From contig JAQTPP010000003.1 of assembly GCA_028712705.1 (NCBI GenBank), positions 64,052 to 128,051 of the forward strand: 64,000 bases of DNA, in the 5' to 3' direction. Below, in pieces: positions 1 to 9,110 of this stretch. Source of the stretch: Candidatus Daviesbacteria bacterium. GTDB taxonomy: Bacteria; Patescibacteriota; Microgenomatia; Daviesbacterales; UBA10151. Under the pieces are notes generated by a model that searched no databases, was not told the DNA's origin, and saw nothing but the letters and a program-made list of their open reading frames with translations. Positions within the stretch are counted from its first letter, which is position 1, and each line of letters begins with the position of its first letter. The translations under genes and the position numbers were made by a program.

Positions 1-4
1 ATCT

Positions 5-799
5 GTGGGAGCACTCAAGGTCAAATATAAAACAGCTCCCCACTCGTCAAGTGGGAATACGATTGAACTGATTGAGAATAAAACAAATCTAGGTTTTGCC
101 GCAGGTAATAATGTGGGGGTAAAAAGAGCTAAAGCGCCGGTGATTCTTTTCTTAAACCCTGACACGCTGATAGTCAACCATGCAATTCAAAAGTCTCTGG
201 AGACTTTACTGTCCAATCCGGACTTTGGGGCTTTAACTTGTAAAGTGGAGCTGCCTGATGAAAGGTTAGATTATTCGTGCCATCGGGGTTTCCCTAACCC
301 ATGGAATTCATTTTGTTATTTTAGTGGTCTTGCTAAATTGTTTCCCCGCTCCCCTATTTTTTCCGGTTACACCGCTTCTTATCTTGACGCCAGAAAAGCC
401 CACGAGATTGACTGTGCAACAGGAGCCTTTTTGATGGTCAGAAAAATTGCCGGGGATCAAATTAACTGGTGGGATAAGGATTATTTCTGGAATGGAGAGG
501 ATATCGAGTTTTGTTATTCCTTAAAGATGAAAGGCTGGAAGATTTATTTTTATCCTGAGGTAAAAATTATTCATTATAAGGGTTCATCTTCCGGCCTTTG
601 GAAAACATCGGCGTTAAAGGTGAGTAAAGAAGAAAGGTTAAAAACTGCCACTCATGGTGTTTCTGCCATGAGGATTTTTTATAAAAAACACTACTACAAA
701 AAATACCCCCCCTTGCTCCGTGACTTTGTGCTTTGGGGAATTAAACTTCTGGAACATTACAGAAAATTTAGGATAATTACAGGAATGAGATATGAATGA
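5..799 (+). CDS. Glycosyltransferase family 2 (WbbL/rhamnosyltransferase-like), probably 5'-truncated by the window edge
   Basis: NLGFAAGNN, FLNPD, GAFLMVR and EDIEFC motifs typical of GT2. Confidence 0.9.
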   Translation: MGALKVKYKTAPHSSSGNTIELIENKTNLGFAAGNNVGVKRAKAPVILFLNPDTLIVNHAIQKSLETLLSNPDFGALTCKVELPDERLDYSCHRGFPNPWNSFCYFSGLAKLFPRSPIFSGYTASYLDARKAHEIDCATGAFLMVRKIAGDQINWWDKDYFWNGEDIEFCYSLKMKGWKIYFYPEVKIIHYKGSSSGLWKTSALKVSKEERLKTATHGVSAMRIFYKKHYYKKYPPLLRDFVLWGIKLLEHYRKFRIITGMRYE

Positions 800-877
800 C
801 TGTCATCGCGAGGTCCGCCTTGGCGGACCGTGGCGGATTGCTTCGTCTCCGGCTTCGCCGGATCCTCGCAATGACAG
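800..877. repeat. Intergenic palindromic element (REP/RPE-like)
   Basis: Terminal inverted repeat ctgtcatcgcgagg...cctcgcaatgacag with two internal GC hairpins (ggtccgccttggcggacc, ccggcttcgccgg); related element at 58204-58296. Confidence 0.8.
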
Positions 878-889
878 GAAAGAAAAGAA

Positions 890-1807
890 ATGTCTAATTT
901 AAATTTATCAGTAATTATTTTAAGTTACAATACCAAAGATATTACGGGCCGGTGTTTGGATAAGCTTAAAATTTCTAAAAGTTATTGTGAAAAAAGGCTG
1001 GGTAATAAAGTTGAAGTGATGGTTTTGGACAATGCTTCTTCTGATGGATCAGTTGGTTTTATAAAATTAGAATATCCCTGGGTAAAATTGATTATTTCAA
1101 AGGAGAATCTGGGATTTGGTAAGGGGAATAATGTATGTTTGAGGCAGTCTAAGTATCCGTATATTCTACTGCTTAATTCCGATGTTTACGTTGAGGAAGA
1201 GAGTTTATATAAGGCGCTGGCTTACTTTAGGGTTAATTTAAATTGTGACTCCCTGGGTGCCAGATTAAATTATGCAAACGGAGAACTTCAGCCAAGTTGC
1301 GGTAATTTGCCTACCCCGTTAAATATATTTTTTTGGATTTTAGGTTTAAGTTTAATACCTTTTGTCAGGAGATTTGTTATTTCTTTTCATCCAAGAGATA
1401 GAAAGTTTTTCTCCAAGGCTCATCAAGTTGGTTGGGTTATGGGCGCTTTTTTTATGCTGAAAAGAGAAATTTACAGTAAAGTTGGCGGTTTTGACGAGAA
1501 TTTATTTATGCATATGGAAGAAGTGGAATGGTGTAAAAGAATTAAGGATCAAGGCTATAAAATCTGGTATGTGCCTCAAGTTTCCGTAGTTCATCTGCAC
1601 GGCGCATCCACTAATTTTGACTTAAGTTCAAGTTTTTTAAATGAGTTAAAAGGTATAAAGTATTATTTAATAAAACATTACCGCTACTTTTATTTTCCGA
1701 TTAAACTTGTTCTAATTATCGGATTAGTGTTGAGGATTATTGCATTTTCGCTGTTTGCAAAAACTAAAAGGGCTAAAATTTATATGGAGGGATTAAGAGT
1801 GATTTAA
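890..1807 (+). CDS. Glycosyltransferase family 2
   Basis: SVIILSYN, DNASSDGS, NLGFGKGNN, LLNSD, EEVEWC. Confidence 0.92.
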   Translation: MSNLNLSVIILSYNTKDITGRCLDKLKISKSYCEKRLGNKVEVMVLDNASSDGSVGFIKLEYPWVKLIISKENLGFGKGNNVCLRQSKYPYILLLNSDVYVEEESLYKALAYFRVNLNCDSLGARLNYANGELQPSCGNLPTPLNIFFWILGLSLIPFVRRFVISFHPRDRKFFSKAHQVGWVMGAFFMLKREIYSKVGGFDENLFMHMEEVEWCKRIKDQGYKIWYVPQVSVVHLHGASTNFDLSSSFLNELKGIKYYLIKHYRYFYFPIKLVLIIGLVLRIIAFSLFAKTKRAKIYMEGLRVI

Positions 1808-1809
1808 GA

Positions 1810-3618
1810 ATGAAAATAGCAATTATTACAGTTAATTACAATGGTAAAAAAGATACTTTAGAGTTGCTGAGATCGTTTTCCATACTACCAACTACTAACT
1901 ACCAGCTACTAACCATCGTGGTTGATAATGCTTCATCGGATGGAAGCGTCTCTGAGATCAAAAAAAGTTTTCCTGAGACAGATATTTTGCAAACCGGAGA
2001 GAATTTAGGGTTCTCCGGCGGTTACAACAAAGGCCTGGATTATGCAAATATCTGGGGGGCAGATTATTTTTTACTTATCAATAACGACTGTTTGATAAAA
2101 GATCCTAATTTAATTTCAGAACTGGTGAAAATAGCGCAGTCCGATCCTAAAATTGGTCTGGTTTCCCCGAAAATTTATTTTGCCAAAGGTTTTGAATTCC
2201 AAAAAGGCCGATATCAAGAGGAAGATTTGGGCAAAGTCATTTGGTACGCCGGAGGGCAATTCGACTGGGATAATATTGTCTCAATCCATCGGGGAATTGA
2301 TGAGGTTGATAAAGGCCAATATGATGATGTGAGTGAAGTGGAGTTTATAAGTGGCGCATGTGTGTTAATTAAAAAAGAGGTTATCGAGAGAATTGGTCTA
2401 TTTGATGAAAAATATTTCCTGTACTTTGAAGATGGCGATTTTATCAAAAGAGCCAGAGATGATGGATTTAAAATTTACTACGATGGTCAAGTAGCGGTTT
2501 ACCACAAAGTTTCCAGCTCAACCGGTATTGGCTCTAAGATAACAGATTATTATCATACCAGGAACAGGTTAATTTTTGGCATGCAATATGGAAGATTGAG
2601 GACCAGATTTGCCCTGGTTCGGGAGGCGGTTAAGCTTTTGATTTTTGGTAGGTCTACTCAAAGAAGAGGCATTTCGGATTTTTATTTAGGAGTAACAGGA
2701 CACAATCCTGGTTTGAATAAAGACAAACCAGGATTGAATTTCGGTATCGAATATCCGCTGAAACTTTCAATCGGTATAGTCAATTACAACACCCCTGATC
2801 TTACTAAAAAGTTATTAAAAAGCATTTTTGATAAAGATTCCGGCTTTGATGAGAAGACTATGGAAGTAATTGTTTTAGATAATGGTTTAACAAATCCTTG
2901 CAAAGATGCCATCAAAGAATTTTTACCAAAAATAAAATATCTAGAAAATTTAGATAATGAAGGGTTTACCAAAGGTTATAACAAGACAATCAAGTTTTCC
3001 CTGGGTGAATATTACCTGATGTTTAATTCTGATATAGAAGTTTTAAAAAACGGCATTTCAGAATTAGTCAAAGTTGAAGATGAATTTGAGGGTAAAGCTG
3101 TTTTGGGCGGGAAATTGCTTTTTCCTGACGGGAGCGACCAAGATAGCGCTTTTCATTTACCTACTTTGACCGGTGCTATCAAAGAATATTTTTTTGCTCT
3201 GAAAGGTGCTTATTTTATGTATTTACCCACTTCACCTGGAAGGAGTCAAAGTCCACCTTCCAGGTGGATTAGAGTTGAAGGACTGGTGATGGCCTGTCTT
3301 TTGATCCCCAAAAAAATCTTAAATCAGGTGGGACTGTTGAATGAGGAAACTTTTATTTTCTTTGAAGATATTGAGTATGCCAGAAGGTTGAAAAAGTTTA
3401 AGATCCCTGTTTACTACGTCCCTGCTGCCAAATTCATGCATCATCACGGCGGTTCGACTAAAAAGATTGGTCAGGAAAAAGCTAATGAACATTTAATAGA
3501 ATCCTCAAAACACTACCATGGGAAATTTTATTACACACTGCTTTCTTTTGTTTTACGTTTGGGTCAAAAATTTGGCAGAGTCAAAACTCCTGTAGCCAGA
3601 TGGAAAAAAAGCAACTAG
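1810..3618 (+). CDS. Tandem two-domain GT2 glycosyltransferase
   Basis: Two complete GT2 motif sets (VNYN...DNAS...INND...FED and VNYN...DNG...FNSD...FED). Confidence 0.9.
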   Translation: MKIAIITVNYNGKKDTLELLRSFSILPTTNYQLLTIVVDNASSDGSVSEIKKSFPETDILQTGENLGFSGGYNKGLDYANIWGADYFLLINNDCLIKDPNLISELVKIAQSDPKIGLVSPKIYFAKGFEFQKGRYQEEDLGKVIWYAGGQFDWDNIVSIHRGIDEVDKGQYDDVSEVEFISGACVLIKKEVIERIGLFDEKYFLYFEDGDFIKRARDDGFKIYYDGQVAVYHKVSSSTGIGSKITDYYHTRNRLIFGMQYGRLRTRFALVREAVKLLIFGRSTQRRGISDFYLGVTGHNPGLNKDKPGLNFGIEYPLKLSIGIVNYNTPDLTKKLLKSIFDKDSGFDEKTMEVIVLDNGLTNPCKDAIKEFLPKIKYLENLDNEGFTKGYNKTIKFSLGEYYLMFNSDIEVLKNGISELVKVEDEFEGKAVLGGKLLFPDGSDQDSAFHLPTLTGAIKEYFFALKGAYFMYLPTSPGRSQSPPSRWIRVEGLVMACLLIPKKILNQVGLLNEETFIFFEDIEYARRLKKFKIPVYYVPAAKFMHHHGGSTKKIGQEKANEHLIESSKHYHGKFYYTLLSFVLRLGQKFGRVKTPVARWKKSN

Positions 3619-3625
3619 AAGTCAT

Positions 3626-4783
3626 TTAATTTGAAATAGGCTCTAGTCTTTTCAGGGCTTGATTTTTTTCAGAGGGGTTAATCCTGGATTTAATCACCAC
3701 TTTTCTTAAAGTTTCAATGGTAGCATCATAGGTTGGCCGGTCTACAGGATATGGAGTGGCATCTTTTCCGCCGTGGGCAAAACTGTAGCGGGCCGGGTCT
3801 TCATAAGAAGGTCTGGCCCCATAAATTACTTCTGAAACCAAACTTAAAGCTCTGATAGTTTTTGGTCCTACTCCTTTAGTTGCCAAAAGCGCTTCATAGT
3901 TTTGAGGCTTGTTATTGGCTAATTTTTCCAGAATTTTTTTAAGGTACGGGCTGTCCCAAAAATTTTCATCTTCTACTGGATGGTGATGAAATTCATTTGA
4001 AGAAAGCTGGAGCAGTGTCACTTTTCTACCGCCAACAGATACTCTCATCATCTTACTTAAATCAGTTGAGTGTTTCTTAAGAAGCTCAATATCACTCATT
4101 AAAGTTTTAAAACCTGAGGAAACAAGTTCAGCGCTTAAGTTTCGGGTTTTAGTGCTGGTTTTGGCAGTTAAGTTAAGGACTTGTGGTTGGGAGATTTGGG
4201 TGGCAATGCCGGAGTGAGGCTCACAAACCAGATCATCAATGTTCTCCGAATACCAATGATACCTTCTGGCAGTAAGGTGCCTCGTATTCATCCCCTGTTG
4301 AACAACTGCCCAGGTGCCATTTTTTGAAAAAAAGAAGCTGTGGTGATAAATTTGAAAGCCGTCCTGGATTAAGCTGGAGTCAACTTTGGCAGACATCCGG
4401 GAATTGTAAACCAGATTGTTGGCATGGGCTGGGGGTAAATTTAATCTTTCACCCCAAGCTAAAATTTCATCAGGAGTTTTGCGGGAAGTTTTACCTTTGC
4501 CTCCACAGATAAAAACCCCAAAATGCTGTTCCTGACCTCTTATAGCCTCTTTGAGAGCTGCTGTGAGTATTGTTGTTAATCCCGAGGCATTCCAGTCAAA
4601 AGCCAAAACTGTGCCTAAACTTTGAAACCAAACCGGGTCGGCAATTCTTTTAATAAATTCATCCGGGCCATATTCTTCAATTAAAACCCTGGTCATTTCC
4701 CTGCCCAAGCGGACCATTCGGTCAAAAAGCCATTTGGGGCAGGTTCCGTAATCTAAGGTAAAAGTGGCAATTCCTCTTTGCAT
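3626..4783 (-). CDS. DUF763 domain protein
   Basis: DWNASGLTT, GGKG, YHHSF, ARRYHW, GVGPKTIRAL, FAHGGKDATPYPVD motifs. Confidence 0.88.
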   Translation of the reverse strand: MQRGIATFTLDYGTCPKWLFDRMVRLGREMTRVLIEEYGPDEFIKRIADPVWFQSLGTVLAFDWNASGLTTILTAALKEAIRGQEQHFGVFICGGKGKTSRKTPDEILAWGERLNLPPAHANNLVYNSRMSAKVDSSLIQDGFQIYHHSFFFSKNGTWAVVQQGMNTRHLTARRYHWYSENIDDLVCEPHSGIATQISQPQVLNLTAKTSTKTRNLSAELVSSGFKTLMSDIELLKKHSTDLSKMMRVSVGGRKVTLLQLSSNEFHHHPVEDENFWDSPYLKKILEKLANNKPQNYEALLATKGVGPKTIRALSLVSEVIYGARPSYEDPARYSFAHGGKDATPYPVDRPTYDATIETLRKVVIKSRINPSEKNQALKRLEPISN

Positions 4784-4810
4784 AATCTACTCCGATTTTT
4801 CGATGGACTT

Positions 4811-4840
4811 GCCCTGAGCGAGCGAAGCGAGTCGAATGGG
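4811..4840. repeat. REP-like element (CTGAGC...GTCGAA family)
   Basis: gccctgagcgagcgaagcgagtcgaatggg; related sequences at 8850-8868, 16099-16122, 19233-19256. Confidence 0.6.
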
Positions 4841-4910
4841 TTCGGGTTATCTTTGTAATTTTACTGTAGCTGATGGTCTACTGATTTGTCAACATCAGTA
4901 TTCGTTCCAC

Positions 4911-5171
4911 CTATTTAATAACTTGTAGTTGGGAAACAGGGCGATAATATGGATCCTGAGAAACGTCCTTATTCAGTCTTCCAATGACTTCTCTTGGAAT
5001 TTCAGTTTTATTTAGGTAGGCTTTGTATGCACGATGATTTCCATGAACAAGAGCATGATTTCCTGCACTATCTTCATAAACTGTTACTGGGATGGTTGGT
5101 TTTGCTTTATCAACTCGGTCTTGATGAACAATGCATTCTGGTGTATAGAGCGACGGGAATTCCTTTGGCAT
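4911..5171 (-). CDS. Small ParB/Srx-like N-terminal-domain protein (cassette gene A)
   Basis: PVTV...LVHGNHRAY resembles the ParB-N/sulfiredoxin GxHR motif; TTGACA-17-TACTAT promoter directly upstream. Confidence 0.6.
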   Translation of the reverse strand: MPKEFPSLYTPECIVHQDRVDKAKPTIPVTVYEDSAGNHALVHGNHRAYKAYLNKTEIPREVIGRLNKDVSQDPYYRPVSQLQVIK

Positions 5172-5202
5172 CCATAAATAGTAACAGGCGAACCCAGAGA
5201 TG

Positions 5203-5250
5203 TCAACCTATAGTATGATGCCTACTTGGTAAACGTTGGTTGAATAATAA
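5203..5250. repeat. att-like direct repeat R1 (degenerate)
   Basis: tcaacctatagtatgatgcctacttggtaaacgttggttgaataat aligns with R2 (6116) and R3 (7082). Confidence 0.75.
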
Positions 5251-5264
5251 CAGTCTCAAAAGTT

Positions 5265-6080
5265 TCACTTAGAAGCAGTTTGAATTGATGGTGGAGTTTT
5301 TTCAATTAACCAAACACTTTTTGCCAGAAAATTTACATCATTAGCGCTTAAGTTGTTTATAGTGGTATACTGAAACATAAAAGCTACGACTAGATCTCTG
5401 AAAGACCAAGGTCTTTCAGTTCTTTCATAAGGATCAATAACATTGATATTCAGTCTTCCGTCTCGTATCTGAAAGCCTGTTAAAGTGCGAGCGTGTTCAA
5501 ATGTTATACCCTGAGCAAGAGTATATCTGGGGCTATAAGGCCAACTTAATATTCCAACAGAGCCTCGATCAAATCTTTGAAGTAATTCAAGCATTATATC
5601 TGGAACTAACAAATCATTTCTAGCCTCTCCTTTAAGTTGTTCCATTCTAAATCTTCCATAGGGTGGCCCAGAAGAAAATATTTCAAGTAGAGAAGCTGGC
5701 TGAAGAATATCTCCTAACTCAACTAAACGTCCTAATTGTCTAGAACGTATTTCTGTAAGTCTAGATTTAAGTGCATCCTTTGTGTAATTTATATTAGGTT
5801 CATCAAGTACCCTTAGACCATTTGCTGTCGCAATATAAGCGCAACTTTCATCGTCGGTTTGTCTGAGTGATATGTTTTGGCCTAAACACATGGCTTGTCG
5901 ACCTATTTTATAGACAAAGGGGCTATCATGATTTAGTGGAAAATGGCTAACCAAATATGTTTCAAACCCTGCTAAAATAGGCTCATTATTTGTTCTCGCT
6001 TGAGGTGTTAAGCTATCCCAAAATTCACAACCTGCCGTGACTGTTCTGATTCCATTACCATGTATATTTTCAGTTGTCAT
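5265..6080 (-). CDS. Papain-like (C39-type) cysteine peptidase-domain protein (cassette gene B)
   Basis: QTDDESC...HARTLTG...VIDP gives the Q-C-H-D order; ATG 6080 preferred because of the TTGATT-17-TAAAAT promoter. Confidence 0.6.
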   Translation of the reverse strand: MTTENIHGNGIRTVTAGCEFWDSLTPQARTNNEPILAGFETYLVSHFPLNHDSPFVYKIGRQAMCLGQNISLRQTDDESCAYIATANGLRVLDEPNINYTKDALKSRLTEIRSRQLGRLVELGDILQPASLLEIFSSGPPYGRFRMEQLKGEARNDLLVPDIMLELLQRFDRGSVGILSWPYSPRYTLAQGITFEHARTLTGFQIRDGRLNINVIDPYERTERPWSFRDLVVAFMFQYTTINNLSANDVNFLAKSVWLIEKTPPSIQTASK

Positions 6081-6115
6081 AATAAATGAAATTTTAACAA
6101 AAAGTAGAGAAATAA

Positions 6116-6225
6116 TCAACTATAGGATAATGTCCACCTAATAGACGTTAGTCTAACCATTATACCTAATCTATCATTTGAAGAGTTAACCATATATAGA
6201 CAACTCTCCTTGTTAAGAGATGGTA
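6116..6225. repeat. att-like direct repeat R2
   Basis: ~100-bp imperfect copy of R3, starting tcaactataggataatgtccac. Confidence 0.85.
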
Positions 6226-6233
6226 GGGATTGA

Positions 6234-7046
6234 TTATTGAGAATCTCTAAGATTTTGAATAAAAAAATCTCTTATCATATTTACAACCACGCCCTTAAAA
6301 GGTTCATTATGAAATCCATGGCTACCGCCTGCTAACATTTCAAGTCGCTTCCTAGGGTTTGGTAATCTTTTGAATTGCTCAACTACATCCCTATAGTCGA
6401 TTTTGTCATCCAGATCTCCTTGAACTACCATAATTTCGTGTGGATACTCTGCTAATGCATCAAAAGGTCTATACTGTTGCATTTCTTCAAACAGTATCTG
6501 TCCTAATCTAAATCTCCCTGCCCCTACTTCTAAATACCCTCTATCTTGAACTCTTTCTTCAATATTTCCAAAAAACTCTTTTCCCCAAGGTGTTTTAGGA
6601 TGAAGATAAACAGGATCAAAATCTAAAACAGGGTTCTCAAGAAATAGTGCTTGAATTTGCTGTGGATGATCTGCTGCATACAAGACACTAATTGCTCCTC
6701 CAAAACTTGCTCCAGCTAAACCAATTCTTTTAATACCTTGCTCTTGAAAAAACTTAACCATAGTATCTATATCAGCCATCGTTCCTGGAATCGTAACTTC
6801 TTGTTCAGAGTTGAGTTGTCTCAAGCCATGACCACGAAAATCAAATCTCAATGTTGAAAACCCTGCACTATTGAGGATAGGCTCAGCTGCTACTAATACA
6901 CTTTCTCTGGATCTATTTGTGGTAATTCCATGAGCAAGAATAATTCCTCTTTGGTTATTAGTTACCTGCCCAAAATCTGCATTTAATATAAGTCCATCTT
7001 GGGTTGGTATATCAACAACTCTGGTCTCAATTGCATCTAGTGACAT
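6234..7046 (-). CDS. Alpha/beta hydrolase (cassette gene C)
   Basis: HG, FDFRGHG, GASFGG nucleophile elbow, QGDLD acid, SHGF histidine. Confidence 0.92.
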   Translation of the reverse strand: MSLDAIETRVVDIPTQDGLILNADFGQVTNNQRGIILAHGITTNRSRESVLVAAEPILNSAGFSTLRFDFRGHGLRQLNSEQEVTIPGTMADIDTMVKFFQEQGIKRIGLAGASFGGAISVLYAADHPQQIQALFLENPVLDFDPVYLHPKTPWGKEFFGNIEERVQDRGYLEVGAGRFRLGQILFEEMQQYRPFDALAEYPHEIMVVQGDLDDKIDYRDVVEQFKRLPNPRKRLEMLAGGSHGFHNEPFKGVVVNMIRDFFIQNLRDSQ

Positions 7047-7081
7047 ATGGAAGAAGATTATACCTTAGCAACCAAGATTAT

Positions 7082-7187
7082 TCAACTATAGGATAAATGT
7101 CCACTGGTAAACGCTAGTCGAACCATTATTCCTGATTTAACGTTTGAAGAATTACAGATTTATACACAATTTCCTTATAGATTTTAG
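7082..7187. repeat. att-like direct repeat R3
   Basis: tcaactataggataaatgtccactggtaaacgctagtcgaacc...; shares aaatgtcc and cgaacc with the antisense tRNA-Tyr 3' end. Confidence 0.85.
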
Positions 7188-7259
7188 CTAAACTTGTCAA
7201 AAAATCTTTTAAATTCCAAACGGCTATTTTTAGAAGTTTTTTATGCTATACTGACAAAA

Positions 7260-8801
7260 ATGGAAGGTCAGGGAGGCGGAATCGATAATGAACCAAGTTT
7301 ACATAAGATAGATCGTGGTTTTGACCTAAAAGCAGTTAGATCGCTGGTGAGAAAATTAGATAATCCAGGTCTTTGGAAAAACGGAAACGAAGCCAAAAAG
7401 ACGCTCTACGAACTATGGGAAAAGAGGCCCACTCTAGCTTCTGGATTAGATAACAAAGCTTCTATAGGAGTCACCTTGAAATCTTTCAGGCACCTTCAGA
7501 CTTTTGATTACAATAGATATCTACCTGATTATGCAGTAGAGGAAGCGAGAGCTGATGTCGATAGATTAGTTTTAGACAATATTCCTGCTATAGACAGAGC
7601 TGTAGAAATTAGTGCTAACCCTGCTGATCTGCAACTGAGTATCGATTTAGTTACTGGCGTGCTTAACGCAGGTGAACTTTCTCAAGACAGGAGAGAGACA
7701 AATTTTCTATTAAAACACTTTGAAGAGGGACTAAGAAGTGACGATTCAGAAGACGAGAAGGAGCCTGGATATACAAAATACCATCTTATAGCTTCAAAGA
7801 TGTTTCTGAAAATGGATGAAAATCAACGCGCAAGAGCAATGGAAATGTTTCAGGCTATGATTGATAATCCTGAAATAGGAAAACAGGCAGTTTATGTAAT
7901 AAACGTTCTTTCTGGAGATCAAATGATTCCTGATAACGCAAGGGAAGAAATCCGAAGAACTTTAACTAAACCAATAATCAATAAACTTGGATTAGATTAT
8001 GATGAATTGACAAAAGCTTGGATTAGCGGCAGTGATGAGATTATTGGTAATTATTTTTATCATACAAGGAATTTAAATCAAATTTTTATTCTTGAATCTA
8101 CCAACCCAGGGATTTGCAGAACCTTAAAGGATGAGTTCGGAATAACTAATTTTGATCGCTACCCCCGAGAATTATTAGTAGATTTATTTGAGCAAAGAAA
8201 TAGCACAAATACTCCTTATGGCTTAATGTTCTATCCTAAAAGAGACCATAGTGGGGCTGCTTATTTGTCAAAAAGCGTTGTGGGGAAGTTTTATAAGCAA
8301 CTTAAATCTCTTGGATATGGTTTAAGACTTTATGAGGTGGGCAGCAAGATAGACCTTGCTAGAGCTTTTATAACTTCTCAAAATAAGTTCGGCACTAGAA
8401 ATAAAATAGACTTTGTTATTCTGGTTGGACACGGCAATCCGCAAAGCATAACTTTTGGAGAAACTGGTAAAAATGCTGAAGCAGGAGAAGAAATAAACGA
8501 CCACAATGTAAAGGGTATTATTCACCAACTTGATTTTGAGGGGAAAGGCGTGCAGCGAATTGGTGAATTATTGTCTAATAATGCAAATATAATTCTTGTA
8601 TCCTGCTCTACGGGCGCAGCTGAGGGAATAGGAAAGACAATTTCCGAAACATATCCTGGCACGTTGGTGACAGCACCTGAAACTCCTACTGATTTAAGAG
8701 GTATAGATGTGACAAAAGATGACCAAGGCAAATTGCGCTTTAGAGTTGCTTATAGATCAGCAGATACATCAAGGTCTTTTGAGTCCGGAAAATCAGTTTA
8801 A
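7260..8801 (+). CDS. Hypothetical protein with C-terminal caspase-like/clan CD peptidase-type domain (cassette gene D)
   Basis: ILVGHG...LVSCSTG His/Cys dyad pattern; start 7260 follows TGCTATACT. Confidence 0.55.
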   Translation: MEGQGGGIDNEPSLHKIDRGFDLKAVRSLVRKLDNPGLWKNGNEAKKTLYELWEKRPTLASGLDNKASIGVTLKSFRHLQTFDYNRYLPDYAVEEARADVDRLVLDNIPAIDRAVEISANPADLQLSIDLVTGVLNAGELSQDRRETNFLLKHFEEGLRSDDSEDEKEPGYTKYHLIASKMFLKMDENQRARAMEMFQAMIDNPEIGKQAVYVINVLSGDQMIPDNAREEIRRTLTKPIINKLGLDYDELTKAWISGSDEIIGNYFYHTRNLNQIFILESTNPGICRTLKDEFGITNFDRYPRELLVDLFEQRNSTNTPYGLMFYPKRDHSGAAYLSKSVVGKFYKQLKSLGYGLRLYEVGSKIDLARAFITSQNKFGTRNKIDFVILVGHGNPQSITFGETGKNAEAGEEINDHNVKGIIHQLDFEGKGVQRIGELLSNNANIILVSCSTGAAEGIGKTISETYPGTLVTAPETPTDLRGIDVTKDDQGKLRFRVAYRSADTSRSFESGKSV

Positions 8802-8822
8802 CGAAAGGTTAAAAATTATAAA

Positions 8823-8968
8823 GTCCAGAGGGGAGGATAATACACCCAATCCTTCGACGAGCTCAGGATTGGCGAACCAATTCTCCGGCAAAGCCGGATC
8901 ATTAAGTCACAAATCCTCAATCCTTAAAATTTCGATTACGTCAGTAACAAGTACTGACTTATCGAAAT
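8823..8968 (-). repeat. tRNA-Tyr downstream element: hairpin plus duplicated tRNA 3' end with T-loop hairpin insertion
   Basis: gtccagaggggaggat[34 nt]cgaacc versus tRNA gtccggaggggaggat-t-cgaacc. Confidence 0.85.
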
Positions 8969-8969
8969 G

Positions 8970-9052
8970 TCCGGAGGGGAGGATTCGAACCTCCGCAGGG
9001 AAAACCCGGCTGATTTACAGTCAGCTGCAATTGGCCACTCTGCCACCTCCGG
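8970..9052 (-). tRNA. tRNA-Tyr(GTA)
   Basis: Cloverleaf with CCGGAGG acceptor, GCTGA-CT GTA AA-TCAGC anticodon arm, long variable arm, GGTTCGAATCC. Confidence 0.97.
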
Positions 9053-9110
9053 ATAAGCTAAATTATATCTAATTTTTATGGTTATTGCTATGCCTGAATT
9101 GTTTTCAAAA

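Noticed and set aside
5203-7187. R1-R3 as a CRISPR array or classical integron attC sites
   Set aside because: Spacers are whole genes of about 0.9 kb, the repeats are long and divergent, they lack the RYYYAAC...GTTRRRY palindromic attC structure, and no cas or intI gene is in the window.
8823-8968. tRNA-tail elements as tRNA introns or additional tRNA genes
   Set aside because: The adjacent tRNAs are complete and uninterrupted; the duplicates lack D and anticodon arms and show no group I core.
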